From the NCBI GenBank assembly GCA_963847445.1, contig CAWJZV010000015.1:192001-256000 (forward strand): a DNA stretch of 64,000 bases, written 5' to 3'. Below are positions 1 to 9,758 of the stretch, piece by piece. This DNA comes from an uncultured delta proteobacterium. Its GTDB lineage: Bacteria; Desulfobacterota; Binatia; UBA9968. The translations under genes and the position numbers were made by a program. The notes beneath the pieces were generated by a model that was not told where the DNA came from, made no database searches, and saw only the letters and a list, made by a program, of their open reading frames with translations. The number at the start of each line of letters is the position of its first letter. The stretch's first letter is position 1.

Positions 1-1367
1 TCGCGATTTCTGCAAGTGGGACGATCAGCCGGCGAGCGTCGAGGCGGTGGCCGGATTCATTCATCCGCGGCTATCGGCTGGCGACCACCGATCCGATGGG
101 GCCGGTTTACATCTGCTACGACGGCGATGTCCAGGAAAAAAAATTGGACAGCGAAATAACCTTTCCGTCGACTGGCTCGCTATCCCGCGCCGCTGCCGCT
201 GCAAGCGCCGGAAGAAGGCTTCGCAAAAACCATTGAGATGATTCTTGCGGCCAAGCGGCCGGTGATCTTGGCCGACTGGGTGGGGCGGCGCGAGGCTGGT
301 TTCAACGCCCTCGGCGAGTTGGCCGAGCTGCTCGGCCGCGCCGGTGCTCGATCAGTTGGGGCGGTTTAATTTTCCTGTGCAGCATCCGCTCAATTTGACC
401 GGTCAAGCGGACAAAGTGATGCCGCAGGCGGATCTGATTTTAGCGCTCGATGTTCCCGATCTCGAAGGCGCCACCGTGCGCCGTGCCCAGGAGCTCGGCA
501 ACCGCAAGGCGACGCCGCTCTTGCCGGCTGACGCCAAGGTGATCAACGTCGCTCTCGACGATCTGCTGGTGCGCGCCTGGGCCACCGATTTCAATAAATT
601 GCGCCGAAGCGGATTTGATGATTCTCGCCGACACGGCGGTTTTCCTGCCGGAACTCTTGCGCCGGCTTAAGGCTGAAAAGAAGCTCGCCGATTGAACCGA
701 CGACATTGCCAAGCGGCGCGCCGATTGGGGCAAGATCTACGAAGCGAAGCGAGCTGCGCTGGAAAACGAATTGAAAGCGAAGTGGGATGACAAGCCGGTG
801 TCGATGACGCGCATCTACGCCGAGATCGCCGAAGCGCTCAAAGGCGAGGATTGGGTGCTGACCAATGGCAGCTCCCAGGGCAAGGAAAATCTTTATTTGC
901 CGGCGACCAAGTTCAATCAGATCCTGGGCAAGTACAAGGGCGGCGGCTTGGGCTACGGCATGCCGGCGTCGCTGGGCGCGGCGCTGGCGCATAAGGGCTC
1001 GGGCAAGTTTTGCATCAATATTCAGCCCGACGGCGATTTATTATTCACCGTGAGTTCGATCTGGACCGCGGTGCATCACCAGATTCCCTTGCTCAGTATC
1101 GTGTGCAGCAATCGCTCTTACTTCAACGACGAAGAGCATCAGGAGCGCATCGCTATCCAGCGCAGCCGCCCGGTGGAAAACAAGACCATCGGCATCCGCA
1201 TCGAAGAGCCCAACGTCGACTTCGCCGGTTTGGCGCGCAACTACGGCTGCTGGGGCGCCGGGCCGATCACCGAGCCGAAGGATTTGATCAAGACGCTGCG
1301 CGAAGCGGTGAAGGTGGTGAAAAGCGGCAAACCGGCGCTGGTCGATGTGGTCTGCCAGATGCGTTGA
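1..1367 (+). CDS. Thiamine pyrophosphate-dependent enzyme (acetolactate synthase/benzoylformate decarboxylase family); 5' end outside window; frameshifted
   Basis: Fragments in several frames. N-terminal KWDDQP-type and central ADLILALDV segments; C-terminal GGGLGYGMPASLGAALA and the TPP-binding variant PDGD...NRSY; ends PALVDVVC. Confidence 0.85.
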
Positions 1368-1482
1368 GTTGACCGTTCGGAAAGCCGGCAAGGGCGAGCG
1401 TGTCAATCGATTGCCAACCGGTTGAGGCTCCGTTCTCCTCAACTCCAGTGAACTGGCGCCGATGACTCAACCGTGACTTTAA

Positions 1483-2046
1483 ATGTTTGGTACACTGGGC
1501 AAATTCTGGCGTTCATTGACACGGTACCCGCTCCTAGTACTCCTGGGTGGTGTGGTTGTTGGAGTTCCGATCGGGTGGTTTCTTGCCTCACGATCGACGG
1601 TCGAGCAAATCTCGCTTGCGCCGGTGAAAGCGACGACTTACGCAAAACTCTCCAGCGAGGAGCTTAAAATTAAGTCAGACCAGATGGTGACGGCGATTCG
1701 TGGTCTGGCGCGATCCTATTATGATGAAGATAGACGGATGCAAACGGCGGCGGATGAGAACTCCGGCAAGACCGATTCGCAAGCTGAGCGGGAGCGACTT
1801 CGCAACGCGTGGCTCGCTGAAAGCGCCAAGCTGCACGACATGTTTATAGACCGCTACAAAACTAACTATTGGGCCGATGCGCTGCTGCTGCGCGAAGCCA
1901 TCGTCGCCAAGGTGGGTGGAGTGCCGGGGGCGCAGAACCCAAACCTGTTTCAGCACCCGACGAATATTCTCGGCGTCGTACAGGTTGCGAATAGTCTCGA
2001 TCTATTGGGGAAAGCGCTGTCCGCCGGCGAGCGAACGAAACCGTGA
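1483..2046 (+). CDS. Hypothetical membrane-anchored protein
   Basis: 187-aa ORF with an N-terminal hydrophobic helix (LLVLLGGVVVGVPIGWFLA) followed by a helical soluble domain; no family recognised. Confidence 0.6.
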   Translation: MFGTLGKFWRSLTRYPLLVLLGGVVVGVPIGWFLASRSTVEQISLAPVKATTYAKLSSEELKIKSDQMVTAIRGLARSYYDEDRRMQTAADENSGKTDSQAERERLRNAWLAESAKLHDMFIDRYKTNYWADALLLREAIVAKVGGVPGAQNPNLFQHPTNILGVVQVANSLDLLGKALSAGERTKP

Positions 2047-2058
2047 CCTGCGCCAGTG

Positions 2059-2274
2059 TTAGCTCGACGATTCGAGTTTTGCCTCCTGCCAGCCATCGAG
2101 AATTTCCCGCGCGCGGTTCGTCGCCGGATGCAGTACGTCGGCCTTGGCTGAGCGCGGCGAGTCTTGGATTGCCAACGAACCCACCAGGCGCAAACCGAGG
2201 AAGTCTTCGTAAAAGCTGCGCGTTTCCTCCGAGTCCCGGCAACGATACGCGCTGTGATGCAGGCCTTTGATCAT
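2059..2274 (-). pseudogene. VOC/glyoxalase family protein, internally deleted remnant
   Basis: Starts MIKGLHHSAYRCRDSEETRSFYEDFLGL (VOC N-terminus) behind a good RBS (AGGAGA) but is only 71 aa and lacks the central and C-terminal metal-binding strands. Confidence 0.7.
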
Positions 2275-2302
2275 GGCCTATTCTCCTTTGCGGAATGCCA
2301 AG

Positions 2303-3304
2303 TCAGTTAAGTTGCCATTTCGGCGGCTGGATCTCACGCAGGCCGATCATTGTGAAATCCAAACTACCGACGCCATCGGTGCGTAATGTGGTCTGCCAGC
2401 CGCCCCAGTCGGCGAGCTTGCTATATCGCCCCGTGCTCAGCCCTGCGCTGTCGACATATTCCGCGAATAGCTGCCATCGATTGCGCGGTTTGCCGCTCTG
2501 GCGTTCGAATGGTTCGCTGTCGAGATATAGCCGGTTGACGACGCGGGTGGAATCGTCGGGCATGCCGTAACTTAAGAGTTTCAAGCCGAACCATTGGTTG
2601 TCGACGAGCGCCGCGGCGAAACCCGGCGGCAGTTTCACGTAATCGTAGATCGGATGGATCAACTCCTTGCCGAAGCGGGCGACTGCTCCAGTGCTTGCGG
2701 CTTGAAACGTCATCATGGTGCAGGAGGCCAGGTCCGGGTTGTTGGCGCTATGGGCGCCGCCGCGGATTTTCAACGTGATCGCCGCGCGCTGCGGGTCGAC
2801 GATGCCGTGGACGCGGACGAAGACGGTGAACTCTTGATTGCGGATATCGGAAGGAGTGGCAAGAAAACCCTTCTGAGTCTTCCAGGTGTAGGCTTGCCGC
2901 CCAGCGCCGGCGTAAATATGCAGCCGGCTGGTTTTGCCTGAGCCGCCGGAAGCGTAGTCGAGATCGTGCGCTGCGACGTTCCAATATTCGAGCGCGCCAT
3001 CGGTACGGCGCAGCGCCGGCGTTTTTCGCTCAATCTGAAGGTTGCCCGCGCTGTTGGGATTGTCCTTGCCTAGGTGAAAATGAACTCCAGGCGCGGAGGA
3101 TAATAACTTGGCGACCCCATTCTCATCCAGCGGTTGGCCGGCATTAACGTTTTCGCGTGAGCCTGGCATTGTCCCTTCGCGGCTCGGCTGGGTGCAGGCG
3201 AGCGAGATCGCTAGAACGCCAAGGATCGTAGCTACATGCAGAAGCCGCGCGCTCCGGCGATAGTTCGCCGGCGGTTTCCTATGCAGGGGTGGCGAGTGCC
3301 GCAT
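2303..3304 (-). CDS. Putative lipoprotein with a beta-sandwich, carbohydrate-binding or polysaccharide-lyase-like domain
   Basis: Start reassigned to ATG 3304 (GAGAGAG upstream) to avoid overlap with the TAXI gene. Lipobox-like LAISLAC; beta-rich body with RGGAH, RFGKELIHP, WFGLK, WGG and LREIQPP motifs. Confidence 0.55.
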   Translation of the reverse strand: MRHSPPLHRKPPANYRRSARLLHVATILGVLAISLACTQPSREGTMPGSRENVNAGQPLDENGVAKLLSSAPGVHFHLGKDNPNSAGNLQIERKTPALRRTDGALEYWNVAAHDLDYASGGSGKTSRLHIYAGAGRQAYTWKTQKGFLATPSDIRNQEFTVFVRVHGIVDPQRAAITLKIRGGAHSANNPDLASCTMMTFQAASTGAVARFGKELIHPIYDYVKLPPGFAAALVDNQWFGLKLLSYGMPDDSTRVVNRLYLDSEPFERQSGKPRNRWQLFAEYVDSAGLSTGRYSKLADWGGWQTTLRTDGVGSLDFTMIGLREIQPPKWQLN

Positions 3305-3359
3305 CGATGTCTCTCTCGGCAATGGGTTAAGTTTCTCGGCGTGTCGCCGCGCAGGGGGG

Positions 3360-4766
3360 TTAGTTACTATGCTTCTCCAGGTCCAAGCGGTGTAGCCGAA
3401 TGCGCACCAGTTCGATATGCATGCGCAGGTTGTAGACATAGTCTGAGTAAGTCGGATTGATGTGGGTGTGGTTGACTCCGTCTTCGATCTCATCGAGCCG
3501 ATTTAGGTAGCCGTTCAGTTGACTCGGGTCAGGGTTGGTCGCGGCTTGATTCTCCAAAAATTTTAGTTCGCCATACCATTTAAACACGCGCGACTTGTTG
3601 CGCCACTGGATCAATGCGGGCAGCAGTTTGAACAGCGGCAGGATCAGCGCGACGAGCGGTAATAACAGCACCGCCATGCGTTCGATGAAGTTGGCGATCC
3701 AAAAAGGCAAATAACGCTGCAGGAAGGGAGGCCCACTTTTGTAGAAGCGCTTGGCTTCATCGGCAAGGAGAAACTCGCCTTCGCGCCCAGCCGGAAACTC
3801 GCCAGGCTTTTGCAACACGCCCGTGCGGCCATGCACGTCCGCCGCGGCCTGGAGTAATAACAAGCCGAGGGCTGGATGAAAAGTCTCTTTAACCACGAGA
3901 GTGGCCGTGGTGGCTAACAAGGTTATGTCACGCCCTGGAATATCCGCGGCTAGATCGATGGCTCCGCGTGGAAGCTGAATCGCCGTGAGAAAGGGGAACC
4001 GCCGCGCAAAGGCTTCAGCCTGAACCAGACTGGCGATTTTGATGTCTTTGGTCCTGGCGAGTTCGAGCACGATAGGGGCGTCGGGGGCGGCGACGAGCAA
4101 GACCGCGTCAACGTCGTCTTCTAGGAGGGCTTTGACCGCATCGTTGCCGCCGAACTGTCGCAAGTTTGGCGACAAGGTATCGACACCGCTGGCTTTGAGC
4201 AGCTGCAAGGCGAGCGCTCTGCTACCGCTGCCGACCGCGCCTATGGCGACGCGTTTGTCGGCGAGCTGGCTGAGCCTATCGATGGTAAATTCATTGCCGC
4301 GGTAGAACAGCCATAATGGTTCGTAGTAGACCGCTCCGAGAGAACGGAGTTCGATTGCGGTATCGCCGGAGCCCAGGCCCGCCTGCACGAGCCCGACCTC
4401 TACGTCGGAACCCGCCGATCGCAGGCGCTGCAAATTTTCTATCGAGCCGGCCGATGGCTTGAGCGTGATGGTGATATTTTCGCGCGCCAGATGGGCGCGA
4501 TAACGTTGGGCAAATAGATGATAGGCCCCGCCGTCCGGCCCGGTGGTCATCACGAAAGTGTTCGCCGGAGCTGGCTCCACGAAGCGGGCCGCGAACCAAA
4601 CGGTCGCTATGATGGCGAGTAGCGGCAGTGCAACGGTAATCAACAGATCTTTTAGGGCTTCCGTGTCGAGCTGCAGACGATCACCGTCGGTCGGTTTGCG
4701 TATGATCGCGCGAATCCGCTGCCTTCGGCTTCGGTCTGGGTTGGGTGGGGGGAGTGCCTCGGCCAT
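3360..4766 (-). CDS. TAXI-family TRAP solute-binding protein with membrane anchor and C-terminal extension
   Basis: TGPDGGAY, SAGSIENL, YYEPLWLFYR and GSGSRALA motifs; C-terminal FLQRYLPFW...WYGELK tail typical of this subfamily. Confidence 0.85.
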   Translation of the reverse strand: MAEALPPPNPDRSRRQRIRAIIRKPTDGDRLQLDTEALKDLLITVALPLLAIIATVWFAARFVEPAPANTFVMTTGPDGGAYHLFAQRYRAHLARENITITLKPSAGSIENLQRLRSAGSDVEVGLVQAGLGSGDTAIELRSLGAVYYEPLWLFYRGNEFTIDRLSQLADKRVAIGAVGSGSRALALQLLKASGVDTLSPNLRQFGGNDAVKALLEDDVDAVLLVAAPDAPIVLELARTKDIKIASLVQAEAFARRFPFLTAIQLPRGAIDLAADIPGRDITLLATTATLVVKETFHPALGLLLLQAAADVHGRTGVLQKPGEFPAGREGEFLLADEAKRFYKSGPPFLQRYLPFWIANFIERMAVLLLPLVALILPLFKLLPALIQWRNKSRVFKWYGELKFLENQAATNPDPSQLNGYLNRLDEIEDGVNHTHINPTYSDYVYNLRMHIELVRIRLHRLDLEKHSN

Positions 4767-4886
4767 CGCTGCCTTTCAAAATATTTCTCGGGATCGAAAA
4801 ATAATACACCGCCGAACGAATAAAAACATCAAAAAGGCTGCGCTTGCCGCCGTCAGTAGAGATAAATATTGCAGTCTGTCGGGATT

Positions 4887-5882
4887 TTATCGCGTGCGCT
4901 CGACAAACCCGCTCTTTTTGATTTCATCCAAAAAGCTCGGTTCCACCAAGCGCAAGCTTTCGGGGGTCGCTTTGATTGCGGCAGGATTGGTTTTGGCGAC
5001 TTCGGCGATGATGAACTCCATGCCTCGGCGTTCCGGCAGGCTGAGCATGCCTTCGCCATGTTTGGCGATGTAGAAGTCGTAGCCGATGGACGCGGCTTCG
5101 TCATTGAGACGGAGATATTTCTTGATCAAGCGCACGCCGAGGGGTTTGTCTCGCTTGAGCAGGTAGAGGCCTTCGATGACAGCCTTGAGAAAATTGCTGG
5201 CAGTCTCACGGTTGGAGTCGAGAAAACTGCGCTTGGCCATGAAGCAGTTAAAGCAAATGCGCGGCAGGCCCCATTTGCTCTCGGACAGGTCGACCCATAA
5301 CTTCATGCCGCCATTGGTTGCTGCCGTGGCCTGGGGGTCGCTCAGGATCGTCGCTTGAACCTGACCGGCCATCAACGCCACCTGGCGCGTCGATACGCCG
5401 CCGAGTTGAATCAGTGAAACGCTCTCCGGCTTGACGCCGACCTTTTCCAAGGTCAGCTTGGCGCTGGTTTCCGACGACGAGCCAAAACGGCTGATCGCCA
5501 GTCGCTTGCCGGCTAGATCTTCGGGCTTGTTGATCTCCGGGCGGACAATCAGCTTGTCAGGAATGAAATTCAGTCCCCCGGCAACCACTGTGACATCGGC
5601 GCCGCGAAGATTGGCATTGACTGCAAGTGACGAGGTGGAAAACAAAAACTGCGCCTCGTTGGCGAGCAGCGCCTGCATGCCGACGGTGCCGTTCTCGATG
5701 GCGATGTATTCGAGATCGAGGCCATATTTTTTCAAAAGCTTTTGCTCGTAGGTGACCCATAGCAGTGAATGAATGATCGACAGCCCGCCGCTGGCGGCGC
5801 GGATCCGTTGAGCATGGGCCGGAGACATTCCGGCCAACGACAAAGTTAGCATGGCAACGATAGTAAGGGTTCGCACGATCAC
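4887..5882 (-). CDS. ABC transporter substrate-binding protein, NitT/TauT (NMT1/SsuA-like) family
   Basis: Signal peptide (AHA|Q), KKYGLDLE, DLAGKRLAISRFGSSS and ALMAGQVQA motifs. Confidence 0.85.
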   Translation of the reverse strand: MIVRTLTIVAMLTLSLAGMSPAHAQRIRAASGGLSIIHSLLWVTYEQKLLKKYGLDLEYIAIENGTVGMQALLANEAQFLFSTSSLAVNANLRGADVTVVAGGLNFIPDKLIVRPEINKPEDLAGKRLAISRFGSSSETSAKLTLEKVGVKPESVSLIQLGGVSTRQVALMAGQVQATILSDPQATAATNGGMKLWVDLSESKWGLPRICFNCFMAKRSFLDSNRETASNFLKAVIEGLYLLKRDKPLGVRLIKKYLRLNDEAASIGYDFYIAKHGEGMLSLPERRGMEFIIAEVAKTNPAAIKATPESLRLVEPSFLDEIKKSGFVERTR

Positions 5883-5896
5883 AAGAGGCTCCTTCG

Positions 5897-6620
5897 CTAA
5901 GCGGATAGTCGATCGGCCAGTTCGAGAAAGTCGTTGGCAACGATATCGTAACGATCCCCGGGCGGAATCTCGCTGGCCTTGCCCGGCCCATGTTCCAATG
6001 GCCGGTGAATATAGGCCGTCCGAAGTCCATGCCTCCTCGCGGATTGCAGATCATGTTCGTGGGCGGCGACCATCATGACCTGCTCGGGTTTCAAATCGAA
6101 CAGTTGCGGCGCGAGCAGGTAGACTGAAGGATCGGGTTTGTAGCGGCGGACGTTTTCCGCGGACAAGATGCAATCCCAGGGCAAGCCGGGCGTTTTTTGC
6201 CATATGGGTGAGGAGGGAAATGTTACCGTTGGATAACGGCGCGATCACGAATCGTGACTTCAATCGTTGCAGCCCTGGCACTGAATCCGACCAGGGTTCG
6301 AGACGGTGCCAAACGCGGTTTAGGTGTTCTGTCTCATCGTCGCTGAGATTCTGAATGCCGAATTTCTTCAGCGTCTCGGCGAGCATTACGCGATGGAGAT
6401 CGTCCAGCTTGGTCCACGGCAGCTCGCCGTTTTGCACCTTGTCCATGTAAGGCCGGTAGATCGAACGCCATGCGTCAGCGAATGCCGTCCAGTCGATGTT
6501 GAGGCCTTTTGCTTTGCCGAGCTGTTCACTTTCGGCGATCACGCTGGACCGCCAATCGACGACCGTGCCGAAGACGTCGAAGGCGAGGAGTTTGATGTTT
6601 TCTGATTGGGACGGATTCAT
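5897..6620 (-). CDS. Haloacid dehalogenase type II (one frameshift near 6185)
   Basis: LAFDVFGTVVDW with the nucleophile Asp and LSNGN in one frame; YKPDPSVY and MVAAHEHDL in the adjacent frame. Confidence 0.85.
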
Positions 6621-6630
6621 TTTGCTGTCC

Positions 6631-7779
6631 TTAGCCGCATACTGGAAATTTGAACGGATAGTTGTGCAGCGCCTCGCCGCCGCCGGGTTTCACCACCACC
6701 GCGGCGCCCAGTTGCAAGCCGGCTTTGAGGTCCTTCGTTATCGGATTGGGCTGGATGACGTGAACCATGTTTTCTTCCAGCGTCCATTTCTCCAATGGAT
6801 GCGCAGCCGAGCTGGTGCCGAGTTCTGGCGACTTGCCGGCCTCGCCGTGGAAGACGCTGTCGAAGCTAGTGAAACCGTTGGCTTCGATGGCCGAGGTTGC
6901 GGCGACGATCTGTTCGCTGGTGGTGCCGGGTTTGCAGATTGTGCGGACGCTTTCGTAGCACTCGTAGGCGGCGTCGAAGAGCTTCCGGTAGGGCGGTGTA
7001 GGTTCTTTACCGATGGCGAAGGGGCGGTGAATTTGCGTCGAGTAGCCCCAATAGCTGACCGTCAGTTCCGTGATCACGACACTGCCTTTTTCGAGCACGC
7101 GGGAGGTCTGCCGTTGCCATGGGACGAAGCGGTCTGGTTTTTCCATGTTCGTCGTCGCGATGAAGTGGATGCCGGGGTCGCCGCCGTTTTTCAAGTAGGC
7201 GGCATAGACGATGGCGAGAACATCGTGTTCGGTGAGACCGGCGCGCAGATTGTTTTCCAATGCCTCGCAGGCGAGATCCGTGAGATGGCCGCTCCTGCGC
7301 AGATAGACGAGTTCTTCTTCGCTGCGCACTCTCCTGATTCTGCCGAACTGCGGACCGAATTCGACGAACTCCGCTTCGGGCAACTGGCGCTGCAGCTCCA
7401 TCACGCTGCCATAGGCCATGCTGCGCATGCTGACCAGGCCGATCTTGCTTTTTGACAAGCCGCGCTTGCTGATTTCTTCAACGAGCGTCGGCATCGGCGT
7501 CGGACCGTACCAGCGAACATCTGCCATGATCGATTGCGCTTTGGCGCAGGGCTGATGATTGAAAAAGTGGATGAAGACAGTGGCGTCGCCTTGCCGCGGA
7601 AACAGCAACCAGCAGGGAGACTGCGCCTGGTAGTTCGATAAATACGCCACCTCCGATGAACCGCGCGCGCCGGAGATCAAGATCGCATCGAGATGGTCGT
7701 TGCTCATCGCTGCGCGGATAGCGCCGTGGCGGCGGTCGTATTCGCTATCTGAAAAACGTGGAAATAGATTGTCCATCAT
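6631..7779 (-). CDS. M24 (Xaa-Pro aminopeptidase/creatinase) family protein
   Basis: Creatinase-like N-domain, RRVRSEEEL, GxTE, and pita-bread-fold C-domain (GYSTQIHRPF, FHG, LEENMV). Confidence 0.8.
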   Translation of the reverse strand: MMDNLFPRFSDSEYDRRHGAIRAAMSNDHLDAILISGARGSSEVAYLSNYQAQSPCWLLFPRQGDATVFIHFFNHQPCAKAQSIMADVRWYGPTPMPTLVEEISKRGLSKSKIGLVSMRSMAYGSVMELQRQLPEAEFVEFGPQFGRIRRVRSEEELVYLRRSGHLTDLACEALENNLRAGLTEHDVLAIVYAAYLKNGGDPGIHFIATTNMEKPDRFVPWQRQTSRVLEKGSVVITELTVSYWGYSTQIHRPFAIGKEPTPPYRKLFDAAYECYESVRTICKPGTTSEQIVAATSAIEANGFTSFDSVFHGEAGKSPELGTSSAAHPLEKWTLEENMVHVIQPNPITKDLKAGLQLGAAVVVKPGGGEALHNYPFKFPVCG

Positions 7780-7812
7780 GATCTGTCCTTCAGGGTGGTT
7801 CGCGAAATATAA

Positions 7813-8256
7813 CTAATTCAACTGCCATATCGCAAAATTCAACGCGGTGGCGAAACCGACCCATAGCGCATAGGGAACGAACAGCCAAGCGGCAAACCGG
7901 CTTGTTGCACCGGCGGTGGCGATAAAGCAGCAGATGGTTATGAGCAGCGCAATAATATCGATCAGCGCCAGTTCTGGCCGGCGCAAACCGAAGAAAAGCC
8001 ATGACCAGAGTCCGTTCAGAATTACCTGAAGCAGCCAAAGCAGGATCGGCTTGGTAACGCTGACAGCTTTGGATCGCCACACCGACCAACCGGCAACGGC
8101 GATGGCGATATATAACACGGACCACACCGGCGCGAAGAGCCAATTGGGTGGCGTCCATGACGGCTTCTGTAGGGCGAGGTACCAAGGACCGGGGCCGAAT
8201 TGGCTGCCGACGAGAGCCGCGGCGGCGACCATGGCGATGAAGACGGTCAGTGACAT
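7813..8256 (-). CDS. tspO: Tryptophan-rich sensory protein, TspO/MBR family
   Basis: WYLALQKPSWTPPNWLFAPVW, LNGLWSWLFFG and LFVPYALWVGFATALN are TspO signatures. Confidence 0.95.
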   Translation of the reverse strand: MSLTVFIAMVAAAALVGSQFGPGPWYLALQKPSWTPPNWLFAPVWSVLYIAIAVAGWSVWRSKAVSVTKPILLWLLQVILNGLWSWLFFGLRRPELALIDIIALLITICCFIATAGATSRFAAWLFVPYALWVGFATALNFAIWQLN

Positions 8257-8271
8257 GATGGCGTTAGCGCT

Positions 8272-8535
8272 TTACGAGTGTTTAACGTTTCGGATGTGGT
8301 CATGGGCGGCCAAAGCATGCGCACCGACGTGCGAATATTCAACTTGGCGGGCGTTGAATTCTGCTAATAGATCTTTGAAGTCCTGGTTCATCGTCGCGAT
8401 TCGGTTGCCAAGCGAGGCACAAGCGGGTCAATTCCCAAACGGCATTCATTCGTTCTCCGGCAGTAAATTGGTCCCAATAACTGTCTTCCGCGCATCGGGT
8501 CTCCCGGTTGGCTTACCCTGCTCCTCTTTGATCAT
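8272..8535 (-). pseudogene. Remnant of a small-protein plus nucleotidyltransferase gene pair
   Basis: Minus-strand translation gives ...EDSYWDQFTAGERMNAVWELTRLCLAWQ...EPGLQRSISRIQR* overlapping MNQDFKDLLAEFNARQVEYSHVGAHALAAHDHIR (ATG 8391, stop 8272), a truncated nucleotidyltransferase N-terminus. Confidence 0.55.
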
Positions 8536-8640
8536 GGTTTTTTTATAACAAGTTCTCGGCGATAATTCTCGGAAGCCTGCCGATGAGGGCGAAGTGTACC
8601 ACGCAGGCAAGCCAAGTGTCGTTGGCTTGCATCGCGGTAT

Positions 8641-9102
8641 TCAGTAGTGCGTTGCCAGCTGGCGCAGTTGCTGCAAAACTCGCTCAAAGGCTTCCGGTTG
8701 ATTGTTGGATGTTGCCGTCTTGTAGAGCGCATAGCGATGGTGCGATTGCCAGCGGCGCCATTCGATCGGCGTCACCGCTTGGCCGGTCGCTGCACTTCGC
8801 TGTGCCACGGCGCCTGGCACTGCCGACTCGCTCCATTGGCCGCTGTCCATGGCGTGGGTCTTGTCCGTCGGTTTGCCGTTGTATTTCCTGGCGAGAAAAT
8901 CCAAATAGAGGGCGAAAGTCTGACGCTCCTCGAGGTTATCGCAGGGTAGGTGGCAAAGCACTATCCGTTCTTCTAAGCTGATCGCAAGCCAATCTTTGAG
9001 CGAGAGCTTAATCCCGCTAAGATCGAGCTTGCGGCGCAGGTCGAGGGGCAAGCGGCTCAAGCTCGGATAGTATTCGGCTTCATAATCGTAGCGGTGGAAC
9101 AT
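8641..9102 (-). CDS. Nitrate reductase-associated protein (NarM-like)
   Basis: EAEYYPSLSRLPLDLRRKLDLSGIKLSLKDW and RYALYK resemble the Nitr_red_assoc family. Confidence 0.75.
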   Translation of the reverse strand: MFHRYDYEAEYYPSLSRLPLDLRRKLDLSGIKLSLKDWLAISLEERIVLCHLPCDNLEERQTFALYLDFLARKYNGKPTDKTHAMDSGQWSESAVPGAVAQRSAATGQAVTPIEWRRWQSHHRYALYKTATSNNQPEAFERVLQQLRQLATHY

Positions 9103-9229
9103 TTTCGCAGATCGGTTGCCTTTCGACCCCGTGAACGGTTATTTTCCCGATAGTCAGAGCGAAGTCAACGAGCCTAAACTCTGACACTGATGCAATTGTT
9201 GAGTGTCGATGGCACCAGTTGACTTGATT

Positions 9230-9748
9230 ATGCAATACGATCCACGCCAAACCGGCTTACCGCCGAAACCCATCGAGCCGACCGGTTTTTTTACCGGTAT
9301 TCAAATCCGGCCGATTATCATGGGCGCGGTCGTCGACATGATCGCGACTTTTACCCTGGTGGCATTTTATTATCGCTTCTACGTTGCCCGGGGTTCTGGC
9401 GCCGCCGAAGGCTTCGAGGAGGAGATGGCGAAATATTGGGTTTCCGGAGACGGTTTGATCGTCAGTCTATTACTCGGTTCGCTCGGCACCTTGATCGGCG
9501 GCTTCTACGCCGCCTACAAAGCCGGAACCTTGGAGATGAAGCATGGCGCGCTGGTCGGCGTATGCTCGATTATTCTCGGATTGTTGATGCAATCCAGTGG
9601 CTCTGAGAACCAAACGCCAGAGTGGTTTCTCGCGCTATCCCTTGCGGCCGCGATCCCGGCGGGCGCGCTTGGCGGCTTCTTTGCGGAGCTATTTTCTAGT
9701 GTGGCCGGCAAGAAGTCCTCACCGACTCGAATATCTCCGGATCGGTAG
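9230..9748 (+). CDS. Four-TM membrane protein (TIGR04086-like)
   Basis: Hydrophobic helices with GGFYAAYKAG...KHGALVG and PAGALGG motifs. Confidence 0.6.
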   Translation: MQYDPRQTGLPPKPIEPTGFFTGIQIRPIIMGAVVDMIATFTLVAFYYRFYVARGSGAAEGFEEEMAKYWVSGDGLIVSLLLGSLGTLIGGFYAAYKAGTLEMKHGALVGVCSIILGLLMQSSGSENQTPEWFLALSLAAAIPAGALGGFFAELFSSVAGKKSSPTRISPDR

Positions 9749-9758
9749 GAGGGGGGCA

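Noticed and set aside
3305-3493. Upstream extension of the 2303-3493 ORF
   Set aside because: It overlaps the TAXI gene 3' end; ATG 3304 has an RBS-like sequence and precedes the signal peptide.
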